DNA from: Cenarchaeum sp.
GTDB lineage: Archaea; Thermoproteota; Nitrososphaeria; Nitrososphaerales; Nitrosopumilaceae
Length of the DNA: 64,000 bases
Reading direction: 5' to 3'
Assembly: GCA_963693095.2 (NCBI GenBank)
Contig: OY843768.1
Coordinates: 1,184,001 to 1,248,000, forward strand
Position 1 is the stretch's first letter, and every line of letters starts with the position of its first letter. The notes under the pieces were generated by a model. The model saw only the letters and a list, made by a program, of their open reading frames with translations, did no database searches and was not told where the DNA came from. Shown piece after piece: positions 28,681 through 40,100 of this stretch. The position numbers and the translations under genes are program-made.

Positions 28681-31620
28681 CTATTGGCCAGGCAGCGTGT
28701 CAGGGCAGCCATCGGCGTCCATGTACCTGTTGACCGTCTCGGCCTCAGTCGGGCACGAGTCGACGCTGTCAGGCACGCCGTCGCGATCAGAGTCCGGCGG
28801 TCCGGCCTCGTCAGGGCAGCCGTCATAGTCACGATCACCGTCATAGTCCTCTGGCTCAGTCACGCACGAGTCCTGCGCGTCGACGATGCCATCAGAATCG
28901 GTGTCCACCGTTGGTGGGCCGGCCTGCTCGATGCCGTCAGGGCAGCCGTCCTGGTCGCGTATGCGGTTGAACGTCTCCTCCTGCAGCGGGCACAGGTCAC
29001 GTGAGTTAGGTATGCCGTCGCCGTCGGTGTCATCAACAGTAGAGCGCGAGTCCGGGCAGCCGTCCTGGTCGTTGATTCCGTTAAACGTCTCAGGTCGCGT
29101 TGGGCACGTGTCTATCGAGTCAGGCAGGCCGTCGTCATCCGAGTCCACAGCGCCCCTCTCGTCTAGCACAGAGTCCGGACAGCCGTCCTCGTCCTCAAAC
29201 CCGTTGTAGCGCTCAGGCTGGAATGGGCACGCATCAGCGATGTCTGGAATCCTGTCAAAGTCAGTGTCCCTGGCGGTGATCGACTCTACCGTGTCGGGGC
29301 AGCCGTCGTCGTCCTGGAAGTTGTTAAAGACCTCGCGAATCTCGGGGCACTCGTCTATGGTATCCGGTATGCCGTCATAGTCGGCATCGTACGTTCTGCG
29401 CTCATCTGGGCAGCCGTCAGAGTCAAGGTAGCGGTTCCACGTCTCGGCCTCATCAGGGCACATGTCGAGCTTGTCAGGCACGCCGTCAGAGTCAGAGTCC
29501 GGGGCGGGTATCGCATCAGGGCAGCCGTCGCCGTCCTCGTATCCGTTGGGCGTCTCGGGCTCAAGCGGGCACGTGTCGACAAGGTCGTTAAAGCCGTCAG
29601 CATCAGCATCGTTGACGCCGCCAGGATCTGCCTCCTCGGGGCAGCCGTCGGTGTCACGCACAAGGTTGAACGTCTCTGGCTCGTTTGGACACTCGTCAAC
29701 TGCGTTGGGCACGCCGTCACCGTCAGTGTCGGCCGTGACTCCCCTGTCGGGGCAGCCGTCGTTGTCCATGTAGCCATTGAACGTCTCTGGAATTGACGGG
29801 CAGAGGTCGAGGCGGTCAGGCAGCCCGTCGCCATCAGAGTCCGGGTTTTGGACTCGCGAGTCGGCCACAAAGTCTGGGCAGCCGTCGTCGTCCTCGAACT
29901 GGTTGTACGTCTCGGCCACGTTGGGGCAGGCGTCAGCCGAGTTTGGTATTCCGTCGCTGTCAGTGTCAGTGATCGTGCTGGCAGTCGGAAGCTCGTCAGG
30001 GCAGCCGTCAGTGTCGAGGTATCCGTTTATGATCTCGGCCTCCGTGGGGCAGATGTCTAGGCGGTCAGGGAGGCCGTCAGAGTCCGCATCGAGCATGACA
30101 GTCGTGTCCGGGCAGCCGTCAAGGACGCCGCGTATTCCGTATGTCTCGGCCTGGTCGGGGCACGTGTCCATCTCGTCATGTATGCCATCAGAGTCCGCAT
30201 CGGCAAACGGCACGTCATCAGGGCAGCCGTCATCGTCCTCAAACCCGTTGCGCGTCTCGGCCGATAGCGCACAGCGGTCAGAGATGTCAGGGATGCCATC
30301 AGCGTCGGCATCGCGCGGGGAGAGGATGGGAACCACGTCAGGGCAGCCGTCATCGTCATCGATGTGGTTGTACGTCTCAAACTCCGTGGGGCACGCATCG
30401 AGTCTATCCTCCACGCCGTCGCCGTCAGTGTCAATCTTTAGCGTGCTCTCCTTGTCGGGGCATCCGTCAAGTGACCCGCCAGTGGCAGTCTCGGCCTGGT
30501 TGGGGCACAGGTCCAAAAGGTCAACAATTCCGTCATTATCAGAGTCATGGACAACGCTCTGCGTGCCGACAAAGTCGGGGCACCCGTCATCGTCCATGAA
30601 CCTGTTGTACGTCTCTGGCGAGCTAATGCACGCGTCATCAGAGTCAAGGATACCATCAGAGTCGCTGTCGGTGTTGGTCAGGTACGGCGGTATGTCAGGG
30701 CATCCGTCAGCGTCCTCAAACCCGTTGTAGCGCTCCGGCTCCTCTGGGCACGAGTCCATGTCATCTGCTATGCGATCACCGTCAGAGTCTATGCCTATGC
30801 GCGAGGTTGTCGCTGGCCGCACGTCAGGACACCCGTCGTTGTCAAGAAACCGGTTGTATGTCTCGGCGTCATCAGGGCACGCGTCGATCTCGTCATGCAC
30901 GCCGTCACCGTCAGAGTCAGGAAGCGCATCGGCCGGCGTGTCGGGGCACCCGTCAAAGTCCATAAACCCGTTGCGCGTCTCGGCTGCAAGTATGCACTGG
31001 TCGTTCACGTCGAGAATGCCGTCACCATCAGAGTCAGGAGCCGACGTCCGCTCAAATCTGCCGGATTCCTCGGGGCACCCGTCATCATCATCAACCCTGT
31101 TGAACGTCTCCTCGGCTAGCGGACACTCGTCGAGCGCATTTGGTATGCCGTCACCGTCAGTGTCATGGTCGCGCTCCATCTCGTCTGGACAGCCGTCAGT
31201 GTCCATGTACCCGTTGGGCGTCTCAGCGCGCGTTGGGCACGTGTCGATCCCGTCAGGTATGCCATCATTGTCAGAGTCCGCTGGCGTTGCCGGTCCGGCA
31301 TTGTCACTAGCGCTGTCAGGACACCCGTCAGAGTCGTCTATTCCGTTGTAGACCTCTACGGAGAACGGGCACTCGTCGTCCACATCTGCTATCCCGTCGC
31401 GATCAGTGTCATGCCACTGAACCCTCGGGGACGGACACCCGTCATTGGCGTCGCCACGGTGATCCTCGGGCAGGTTGGGGCACATGTCTAGGACGTCAGG
31501 CACGCCGTCACGGTCAATGTCTGATGCTACCTGCGCGTGCGCCGGAAGGTATGCCGACGCGCTAGCCATCACGGATAGCAGCAGGATCACTATGCCTAGC
31601 CTGTGGCGCACTCCTGACAT
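28681..31620 (-). CDS. Secreted TSP3-repeat protein C, ~24 repeats
   Basis: Signal peptide ..AHAQ; same repeat. Confidence 0.88.
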   Translation of the reverse strand: MSGVRHRLGIVILLLSVMASASAYLPAHAQVASDIDRDGVPDVLDMCPNLPEDHRGDANDGCPSPRVQWHDTDRDGIADVDDECPFSVEVYNGIDDSDGCPDSASDNAGPATPADSDNDGIPDGIDTCPTRAETPNGYMDTDGCPDEMERDHDTDGDGIPNALDECPLAEETFNRVDDDDGCPEESGRFERTSAPDSDGDGILDVNDQCILAAETRNGFMDFDGCPDTPADALPDSDGDGVHDEIDACPDDAETYNRFLDNDGCPDVRPATTSRIGIDSDGDRIADDMDSCPEEPERYNGFEDADGCPDIPPYLTNTDSDSDGILDSDDACISSPETYNRFMDDDGCPDFVGTQSVVHDSDNDGIVDLLDLCPNQAETATGGSLDGCPDKESTLKIDTDGDGVEDRLDACPTEFETYNHIDDDDGCPDVVPILSPRDADADGIPDISDRCALSAETRNGFEDDDGCPDDVPFADADSDGIHDEMDTCPDQAETYGIRGVLDGCPDTTVMLDADSDGLPDRLDICPTEAEIINGYLDTDGCPDELPTASTITDTDSDGIPNSADACPNVAETYNQFEDDDGCPDFVADSRVQNPDSDGDGLPDRLDLCPSIPETFNGYMDNDGCPDRGVTADTDGDGVPNAVDECPNEPETFNLVRDTDGCPEEADPGGVNDADADGFNDLVDTCPLEPETPNGYEDGDGCPDAIPAPDSDSDGVPDKLDMCPDEAETWNRYLDSDGCPDERRTYDADYDGIPDTIDECPEIREVFNNFQDDDGCPDTVESITARDTDFDRIPDIADACPFQPERYNGFEDEDGCPDSVLDERGAVDSDDDGLPDSIDTCPTRPETFNGINDQDGCPDSRSTVDDTDGDGIPNSRDLCPLQEETFNRIRDQDGCPDGIEQAGPPTVDTDSDGIVDAQDSCVTEPEDYDGDRDYDGCPDEAGPPDSDRDGVPDSVDSCPTEAETVNRYMDADGCPDTLPGQ

Positions 31621-31730
31621 TCAGGAGGAGCGCCGACAATTGGGTTATTAAACTTAATACCGCATTCAGGCGTGAGATCGGCCATGCGGCACGATAGGTT
31701 AAATTGAAGCGATCCGACTGCGGCGAATCC

Positions 31731-32744
31731 TTGAGCTGCTCTGGGGAGACAGTGGAGCCTGACGGCATAATCCAGATCGACGCTCTCAAGGCGGCGAGCC
31801 TGAAGCGGGCAAAGTACGGCATATCAGACCACGGGACCGTCGGCATCTGCCACTGGACCAAGAGGTCCTTTAGGCACCGCGGGACGTGCTACAAGCACTC
31901 GTTCTATGGCATATCGACGCACAGGTGCATGGAGTTCTCGCCGGCCGGAATGCACTGCCAGAACAGGTGCGTCTATTGCTGGCGGCCAGTGGAGTTTTAC
32001 GACTCGATGGCCATGGAGCCCTCGCGCGTGGCGTCGCCCGAGGAGATGATGCGCGGCCTGATGGCCGAGAGGCGCCGTCTCCTCATGGGCCACTATGGGG
32101 ACGTAGAGTCAGACGCGTCGCTCATAGACGAGTCACAGCTTCCAAGCCACTATGCGATATCGCTGTCCGGTGAGCCGACAATGTACCCGCTCCTTCCCGA
32201 GCTCATCAGGCACCTACGGTCACTTGAGGCGACAAAGTCCGTGTTCCTAGTCACCAACGGGCAGGAGCCCGACATGATTCGCCGCCTTCGCGATGAGGAT
32301 GCGCTTCCGACGCAGATTTACCTTTCTGCAAATGCGGCCGATCGCGAGTCGTTCATGCGCATAAACCGTCCGCGCTATGCCGATTCCTGGGAACGCTGGA
32401 ACGAGACGCTCGGTATCATGGGAGAGCTTGACACGCGCACAGTGATTCGCGTGACGCTGATACGCAACCACAACACGCAGGCCTCAATGCGCAGCGCCTT
32501 TGCGCGCATGCTAGACTCCTCGAATGTCCACTTTGTGGAGGCAAAGTCATACATGCACATCGGGCGCTCGACAGGGAGGCTAGAGCGCGAGAACATGCTA
32601 GAGATGGAAGAGGTGCGCGAGTTTGCATCAGACATGGAGTCCTATGGCGTGTTTGACCACATGGACGAGAGCGAGATATCGAGGATCGTCGTCATGCAGA
32701 ACCGCCGTCGTCCTATCGAGCGCATGATTAAGGCGTACGCGTAA
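31731..32744 (+). CDS. taw1: 4-demethylwyosine synthase (radical SAM)
   Basis: CHWTK, CYKHSFYGI, CQNRCVYCWR (CxxxCxxC), SLSGEPT, LVTNG. Confidence 0.93.
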   Translation: MSCSGETVEPDGIIQIDALKAASLKRAKYGISDHGTVGICHWTKRSFRHRGTCYKHSFYGISTHRCMEFSPAGMHCQNRCVYCWRPVEFYDSMAMEPSRVASPEEMMRGLMAERRRLLMGHYGDVESDASLIDESQLPSHYAISLSGEPTMYPLLPELIRHLRSLEATKSVFLVTNGQEPDMIRRLRDEDALPTQIYLSANAADRESFMRINRPRYADSWERWNETLGIMGELDTRTVIRVTLIRNHNTQASMRSAFARMLDSSNVHFVEAKSYMHIGRSTGRLERENMLEMEEVREFASDMESYGVFDHMDESEISRIVVMQNRRRPIERMIKAYA

Positions 32745-33288
32745 ACCAGGCGGCGAACTTTTCTAGCGCGGCTGCCCTGTGCGACACGTCATTCTTGTTG
32801 CGTATCTGCGCATATGTTCCCTCAAATCCCTCTGGAACAAAGATTGGGTCGTATCCCCACCCGTCACCGCGCTCAGTCTCAGATATCATGCCGCGCACGC
32901 ACGACTCGAACATTCGCGGTGACGGAGTGCGCGGTTCGGCATACGCCACGGCCGCACAAAAGCTTGCGCTGCGGCCCATCTGTCCCAATGCGCGCAGCAC
33001 GCCGGCGCAGCCTATCGTGCCATAGACAAATGCCGAATAGGGACCCGGAAAGCCGCCGAGCGCATCAACGAACAGGCCCGCGTCCTCCACTATAACGGGG
33101 CGCGCACAGAGCGCAAGCGCACCTGTGGCCTTTTTTGCCGCAATGGCACCTAGTGAGTCAGACTGGATCTCCTCAAGATCACACTCTAGGTGAGCAAGGT
33201 CCACGCCATGGCGCGCAAGTATCACGCGCGCCTCATCATACTTTTTCCTGTTTGAGGTGGCAAGGAGCAGCTCACGTGACTGTCGCAT
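32728..33288 (-). CDS. rdgB: Non-canonical purine NTP pyrophosphatase (HAM1)
   Basis: ATSNRKK, EDAGL, FPGPYS, GWGYDPIF, SHR. Confidence 0.93.
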   Translation of the reverse strand: MRQSRELLLATSNRKKYDEARVILARHGVDLAHLECDLEEIQSDSLGAIAAKKATGALALCARPVIVEDAGLFVDALGGFPGPYSAFVYGTIGCAGVLRALGQMGRSASFCAAVAYAEPRTPSPRMFESCVRGMISETERGDGWGYDPIFVPEGFEGTYAQIRNKNDVSHRAAALEKFAAWFTRTP

Positions 33289-33892
33289 ACCGCCCCCTCC
33301 GCTCAATGTCCGCAACTATGCCCAACACGCGCTCAAGGCGTGCCTTGCCAAGGGCAGGCCCGTACGATGACACGAACGCCTTCCATGACGAGTCGGCATC
33401 ATCGGCATGGACGCTGTTTAGGACCTCTCGGAACAGGCGCAGGTCCACGGCGCAGTCCTCATCGCGCACTGACCTAGAGGAGAGGCCCAGGTCGATCACA
33501 AATGTCCTCCCGTTCGAGACGATAAAGTTTGACGTGGTCATGTCACCGTGAACAACGCCGTTGCTGTGGAGCCTTGCGGCTATGAGTCCAATCTCGGCAC
33601 ATGCCGACTTTAGGCGCGCAGCGCGCATTGTGCCGACGATTGTGCCGCGTATGCGCTGCATGACTATGCGGTGGCGTCCAACGTCGAGATCCAGGACTAG
33701 CGGGGCTGCGACGCCAAATGCCTTGATCGTCGAGATCATCTGCGCCTCGCGGATCGTGCGGGACCTGCGTATCTTTGCATCAAGGCGCGCATTGATGTAT
33801 TCCCGTGGCCTGCGCGCCTTGAGGATCGCCGGATGCCGCCCGTGCGATGTGGCATAGATGTCAGCCTCTGCGCCCCTGCAAAGCAGCCTCAT
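33272..33892 (-). CDS. bud32: KEOPS kinase Bud32
   Basis: GAEA, RTIREA, HGDMTTSN, IDLGL, AVDL, RGRY. Confidence 0.92.
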   Translation of the reverse strand: MRLLCRGAEADIYATSHGRHPAILKARRPREYINARLDAKIRRSRTIREAQMISTIKAFGVAAPLVLDLDVGRHRIVMQRIRGTIVGTMRAARLKSACAEIGLIAARLHSNGVVHGDMTTSNFIVSNGRTFVIDLGLSSRSVRDEDCAVDLRLFREVLNSVHADDADSSWKAFVSSYGPALGKARLERVLGIVADIERRGRYATVT

Positions 33893-33928
33893 TGGCGCAG
33901 GGCGGCCGGCGCGGGCAATTTAACGATT

Positions 33929-36900
33929 CTAGTTGCGCTGCGGCGCAGGGCGCATGCGAGCCCGCCGTGCGAGCTCGCCGAGTGCCCACAGTGGCGACAC
34001 GCCGCCGGTGCGCCGCAGGCGCCTCCAGAGCGCAAGGGATACCATGGCGGCCAGGGCCACTGCTAACGCGCCAGAATAGTCCTGGCGGTATGACGCGTGG
34101 ACCGCAGTGTCCTCGCTTGCGACAAAGCGCGCAATGTTGCCCTCGTGCGTGGCGCCATCTGGAAGGGCGTCCCATCGCTCAAAGACGCCATATGCAAGGA
34201 GCGGCACGATCTCTGTGGGCTCGGCGACGAGCTCGACGCTTGTGCCGTACGCGTGAACGCCGGCGCCGGAGACTCCGCTCGTGGCGCTCACCGTGACGCT
34301 GCCCTCATAGACTGCGTGCACAACCATGTCGCCGCTAGCCGAAAAGTGGATGCTGTCGTCGGTGTACTCGTGACCGTTGACCGTTGTGCCGGACAGGACG
34401 TAGCGCCCGCCGTGCTCGTGCGGAAACTGGAGCTCGACGGAGGCGATGTCCCCGTACTCTCGGCTCCACGGGAGCGCTATTGTGGACTCGGTTGTGCCCG
34501 AGTCATGCGCGTGCGCCACGAGGCGCACGCCCTCAATGGCGAGGCGCTCGCCGTCGGTTCCGGCCGCCGAGACGTCTAGGAGCGCATACTCTTCGGCAGT
34601 GACGTGGATCGTCTCGTGCGATGGCTCATACCCCCGCTTTGATGCCGATATCGTGACCGGAAATGTCCCCGGCACGTCAGCAGTCACGTCTATTGACGGC
34701 GAGTCGCCCACCTGCGTCCACGGGATTGCCGAGCTCACGTCAATGTCGATGTCATCGGCTACCGCAATGACATCGATGCGAAACGGCACGCCCGTGCGCG
34801 CAGTTGCCGCCGAGGCGCGCACATCAAGTCCAAGCACGTTTGAGAACACGCTGACAGAGCGCTCATGGGCGCCGTGATCCGCCAGGACGGACATTGTGAT
34901 GTCACCGGCGCGCTGGGCGCTCATGCGGCGCGTGTCCCAGTACGCCTCAATGCCACTTGCCGCAATCTCTGTGGTGTCTGCAGCCGAGAGGGGCGTGCCA
35001 AGCGAGTCGACAAGGTGCATCGCAAACGGAAACTCCTCGTGCAGGTGAACGCGCTGGGGGATGTCAAGTGCCACGCCTGCGACAGTGCCGGGAAGCGAGA
35101 GCTCGGCAGTCCCGCGCCCAAGTCCGGACGCAGTTGCGGTGATCGTTGTGCCGGCACCAAGGTCGGCCCGAAGTCGCGCCGAGTCGTCCACTATCATTAG
35201 GGTGCGCTCGGCGAGGCCGTCTCCGGCCACGGTCACCGCCTTTGGGCGCCCAAAGGCACCGCGCGCATCAACTAGGGCGCCGTCTGCGTCGCGTATGGAG
35301 ACTAGCGCGATATCCTGCACGCCGCCGCCCGGCGCTATGCGCAGGGGCTCGATGTGCAGCCCGTACTCGCCAGAGTTTGGCGGGATTGCGCTAAAGTTGG
35401 CCAGTGATGTCCCGACGTTCGTTGCAGTTGCTGCGAGCGTATAGTTTCCCACATCATGCGCCACAATCCCAAAGCTGGCCGCAAATGAGCGAATCGTCCC
35501 CTGTGTGAGCTCCACAGTCGCATCATACTCGGTGCCCGGCGGGGATACGGACAGTGACACTCGCCGGCCGTCAACTTCCACCGGATGCCGCAGTGCAAAG
35601 CATGCGCCTTCTGCCTCACGGACATCCCCGCACGCAATGTCTGCGCTCACACCCTCCATCTCCCCAATCGAGTCCGCACACTCGCCGCGCGCATCCGCAT
35701 CGTGGTATGGCGCAATCGTGACGCTAGCCTCACCCGAGGTCACAAGTGGGTGAACCCATGCGCGTATCGAGTTGACATTGTCGCTCGGGCGCGCCGTCGC
35801 GCATGCGGCAGGAACAGGCTCAATGTCATCATCACGCATGTCCGCAAGCCCGCCAAGATCGCCGATATTGCCATAGTATGCAGGGCCGACCACAATTCTT
35901 CCAGTCGCAGTCCCGACGTCGGGAACCGACACGGTTATTGTGGCCACGCCGGCCCCGCGCGTGTACACGAGTCCGCTCGCCACGCCGTTGCGCATGTAAA
36001 GCGCGGCGTGCTCAGAGTTCTCAGAGGCGACTGGCAAAAACCCCGCCACTGCCGTGTTGTCAGTGTGAACATGCCCAACTAGCACGCCGGGATGCGCGTA
36101 GGGCCGGCCTCCCTCCTCAAGCCACGCATGGTACATTGCATGGCTGCCCTCGCCGGCCGGACTTGGGGCGACTGCCATGCTGATGCCCACGTCGCGCGCA
36201 ACCTTTGCAATCTCGGCACTAGCCGACTCGAGCCCGCCGGTGTGCGCGCGAAGCGTGCCGTTGCCGTACACGCGCAGGGCAAACCTGGCGTGAAACTCGC
36301 CCTCGGATATCACGGCCTCAGTGGGGGAGACTAGCGCACTGTCTGACTCTAGGCGAACCGTCGTCTCTGCGGGGACGCGAGTCGGCGTGCCGTTGGAGTC
36401 GAGCACAAAGACGTACGCCGTGACGCTGCCTGACATTGTCCTGTTTGAGGCAAGGATCACCTCGAGCCTCGAGGGGACGCTCTTTTGCGAGTATATGCGC
36501 GACTCGGCGCTGACTAGAGGGCCGTTGATCGACGCAAATACGCCCACGGCATCCCTTCCGGCCGCAAGCGGGCGCAGCTCAAAGATTGCGTGGTTGTCTC
36601 CGGCCTGCACAGTCGCCTCGCGCTCCACTGCAAGTGCGGCCGGATCACTAGACGTGATGAGTATGCGCGCACCCTGCGAATGCGCATCCTCGGTCACGAC
36701 GATACCCTCGTACGTCCTGCCCTCGAGCATCGCCGGCGGTATCCACAGCGACGCTCGCGCCGGTGCGCTGTCAGCCTGCACCGCAGTGAGCGCAAACTGT
36801 CCGGTCGTGGACACGTGGCCGTCGGCCTCGGCACCAACGCGCAGCGTCATGGCCCCCGGTTCAGCAGAGCCCCACTCGATCGCAAACGTGCCGTCATCTA

Positions 36901-37171
36901 GCGCCGTGGCCTCGCCGCATGTGCAGTATGCCCCACCGGGGGCGCCGATGAGCTCTAGGCCAAGCTTTGCGCCGGCGACCGGAGAGTCACCCGAGACTGC
37001 GCTGATGGTCAATGTCTGCGGATCAGAGCCCACGACATGCGAGCGCGAGCCGGCGACTGTCACCGAGAGCGGCAGGCCTGCGCCATTGACTTCTTCCTGT
37101 GCGAATGCCACCGGAGCCGCACACAGGATTGCCACGAGTGCCGCTCGCGCAATGTGTGGCGCCCTAGCCAA
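33929..37171 (-). CDS. Large (1080 aa) cell-surface protein with signal peptide, beta-rich body and C-terminal TM anchor
   Basis: AFA-Q cleavage site; C-terminal GALAVALAAMVSLALW followed by RRLRR. Confidence 0.75.
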   Translation of the reverse strand: MARAPHIARAALVAILCAAPVAFAQEEVNGAGLPLSVTVAGSRSHVVGSDPQTLTISAVSGDSPVAGAKLGLELIGAPGGAYCTCGEATALDDGTFAIEWGSAEPGAMTLRVGAEADGHVSTTGQFALTAVQADSAPARASLWIPPAMLEGRTYEGIVVTEDAHSQGARILITSSDPAALAVEREATVQAGDNHAIFELRPLAAGRDAVGVFASINGPLVSAESRIYSQKSVPSRLEVILASNRTMSGSVTAYVFVLDSNGTPTRVPAETTVRLESDSALVSPTEAVISEGEFHARFALRVYGNGTLRAHTGGLESASAEIAKVARDVGISMAVAPSPAGEGSHAMYHAWLEEGGRPYAHPGVLVGHVHTDNTAVAGFLPVASENSEHAALYMRNGVASGLVYTRGAGVATITVSVPDVGTATGRIVVGPAYYGNIGDLGGLADMRDDDIEPVPAACATARPSDNVNSIRAWVHPLVTSGEASVTIAPYHDADARGECADSIGEMEGVSADIACGDVREAEGACFALRHPVEVDGRRVSLSVSPPGTEYDATVELTQGTIRSFAASFGIVAHDVGNYTLAATATNVGTSLANFSAIPPNSGEYGLHIEPLRIAPGGGVQDIALVSIRDADGALVDARGAFGRPKAVTVAGDGLAERTLMIVDDSARLRADLGAGTTITATASGLGRGTAELSLPGTVAGVALDIPQRVHLHEEFPFAMHLVDSLGTPLSAADTTEIAASGIEAYWDTRRMSAQRAGDITMSVLADHGAHERSVSVFSNVLGLDVRASAATARTGVPFRIDVIAVADDIDIDVSSAIPWTQVGDSPSIDVTADVPGTFPVTISASKRGYEPSHETIHVTAEEYALLDVSAAGTDGERLAIEGVRLVAHAHDSGTTESTIALPWSREYGDIASVELQFPHEHGGRYVLSGTTVNGHEYTDDSIHFSASGDMVVHAVYEGSVTVSATSGVSGAGVHAYGTSVELVAEPTEIVPLLAYGVFERWDALPDGATHEGNIARFVASEDTAVHASYRQDYSGALAVALAAMVSLALWRRLRRTGGVSPLWALGELARRARMRPAPQRN

Positions 37172-40100
37172 TTATTATGCTACCGCCGTGTATGTTTGCC
37201 GTTGCGCTCGCGTCACTTGACACGTGCGTGCGAATCGTCCCCGTGCCGCACCATGTTCTTCCTTCCGGTGACGGAAATGCGCTCTCGGCGTATATGTTGG
37301 CGTGTATGTAAAACTCTACAAAGTCTCCAGGGCTGACAGTGCTGACATTGACCGTGTTGCTGATTGTTGTCCTGTCATACGTGAATGTCGTCTTTGTGCT
37401 TCCATTTCCGTTGGCCAGCACCTTGCTAGTCGCCGAGATTTCAGGCGCATAGTTGCTTATGCGCTCGCTTTCATAGACAAGATCGCCATTCCTGTATGCT
37501 GCGACCCAGCCCGTTAGTGGATCGCGTGCGCAGCGCGGCATCTGCGACTCCCTGTGCGTGTGCTCAATGTGCGCATGTCCGGACACCGTGCCGCTGATTA
37601 TGGCAAGTATTGGCCTGTCTGATGTCGCAATGGTGTATGCCGATGCGCCTGCCGAGGCGTCAATGTGATCGATCGGCTGCTCAAAGGAGACGCGTGACAC
37701 GGTGCTAGTCGAGGCCGGAATCACCCTCACGTTGCTCCCGCCGAGCACGTCAGAGTAGCGCAGGACCGCATCAACACCGTTTACCTTCATGTGTATGGAA
37801 AAGTATCCCGGCACCACCGGAACCCATATGCGGCCCTCGTCATCCTCGCTTGCCGAATACTCGCCGTCAAGGTACGCAAGGCGCATGGCCGTGCCATCCC
37901 TTGCGCGAAGCTCGACGTCGCTGACAGTCACGCTGCCGGCCACGGGTATCTGAGCCCATGTGTGAACAGTATAGATGTGATCTTCGGGCGTCGCGATCCT
38001 CATGCTCTTGCCGGCTCGCGGGTCAAAGATGATCGTGCTAAAGCTTCCGCGATACGACGCAGCGTCCGGATACGTGTGTAGCGTGAATGACTCTGGCATG
38101 GACTCGACAAACGGAATCGTTCCATGCTTTGTGGTAAATCCGAAATGGAGCGTCTTGTCGTCGATCGCAAACCTGTATGGGACAGAGGGCGCCAGGCCCA
38201 CAATGCCCTCATCTGAGACGGCATCAAGCGTGACTGTCGAGCCGCTGGTGTGAACCAACGCGTAGAGGTTGCGCGCATAGGCACTGTCACGCTCTGGCAT
38301 CTCCACCCTGTGCGCAGCAGAGTCCGAGGAGATGACGGTGTCCACGACGTATTGCCGCTCGGCAATGACACAGAGCGTGTCGCCCCACGTGAATATGGCA
38401 GTGCTTTGCGCCCAGGAGGTCTGCGGGTGGCGCTCGATTGACGTGCTGTTGGAGCTCTTTGTGGTCAGCGTGTTGAACTTTATTCCCGCCAGGCTAGCAT
38501 AGTCGTCATTTCCCCCCGTGCCCTCGGTAAACATCATGGACGGCACGCCATAATGCGTGTGAACCCTCCCGAGAAAAGAATTCGACTCCTCGGGGTTGTC
38601 TAGCGCAAAGCGCTCCTCGCCCGAGCTGGAAGCAATGGCGTATGCAGGTGCCGTAATGTAGATGTGCGGGTAGTGCGTGGCATAGTGCTCAAAGGCATAG
38701 CCGATCGGGGTGCCATAGGAAAAGCGCTTGTTAGTCAAGGTCAATGGCTCATCAAGCGTGACGCCAGAATTCGCAATGATGTTGTCTGTGCCCTTTTGGA
38801 TCACGTGCATGCGCGATTCGAGCGTGGGCTCATACGCCACATGGAACCGTGCGCCGTCACGCAGCAGTAGTCCAGTGCCCGGAAAGGCCATGGATGTCGA
38901 ATTGTGCTGAATCTCGTACTGTCCCGGATGCGCATAGTATGGAAACTGTGTGTCAAGGAGCGGGAGGTAATACCGGTGATCCATGGGATGCGATATATCG
39001 TGTGAGTGCGCGCGCGAGTACGGGTGCGATGCGAGGAGATGGTGGCTAAAACCCCAGTATGCGGTGTGCAGCTCCCTCATCGACGTCGCGCTCTCCTTAG
39101 AGTACGTAATAGTGTCCTTGGAGATGCTCGACGTGGGCAGCGTTCCCGCATAGATCAAAGAGTTTTCCGGCTTGTTGACGTCAATGATCCATCCTGCCGA
39201 AACTGCGAGTGGAGATTCTTTAAGGTGATCTTTTGGATTGGCCTTCCACACGAGTCCGCCACATCGCTCCTTTAGCTGCGCAATGCTCACCGTGTCAGCA
39301 AGCGTGGCGTACGGGGACGTGAGTATCTCCACGCTTCCGCCGCCAAGTGTGGCGTTGAAGAGCAGCGTCTTGCCAAGCATTGCCGAGTCGAGCTTTAGGA
39401 GCGCGCTCTGGCCGCCTGAGACGGTCGTGGTTCCCCCCTCCGAGCTCACCGTGGCGCTCCCGCGCGAGGCAGTATAGGAGGCGAGATCCGGCTTTGTGGT
39501 GTTCCTCGCCGTGCCGTCTGGCGCAACGGTGATGAGCGCCTTGCTCGAGTATCCCGATATTGCAGTCGATGTCCTTGTGTCCGAGTCAAGCAGGAGCGAC
39601 GCAAAGTTCGGCGCGGCCTCCGTTGCGTCCACGTCCACTTCAATATGCGGCCTGAGCGAGGCTATGTTGGTCCACGTGTCCGAGCCGTATATGACGTGGC
39701 CAGAGTGCTCGGCCTGCTCGAGTCGGCTTCCAATGCCCATGCCGCTCACCGTCTCCCTTGCGGGGTTCTTTGCCGATCCTGACGTGTCGATCTCGGCGCC
39801 AAACGTGTTGCCCATGCGCGTAACGGCGACAATGGAGACGCTGCCGTCCACGCCGTCAGGCACATCATAGCCGATGCTCGCCTCGCCAAATCCCGCAAGC
39901 GGCATCCGGCCATCAAACTCGGGCAGGCGCGCGACTGTCCCGTTTTGGAGCATCGACCTGACCTCGATGATCTCCACGGGATCGGCGCGCTCGTTGCTGA
40001 CATGAATCGTGTATGACCGGCCGTCGCCTTCCGTCACTCCAACGCCGAGGCTCTCGTGAACCGCGCGTCTCTGCGAGTCAGCCGCGTCGGCTGCGCGCCT

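Noticed and set aside
23908-31620. Long plus-strand ORFs (e.g. 24733-25767, 29777-30730)
   Set aside because: Antisense shadows of repetitive TSP3 codons
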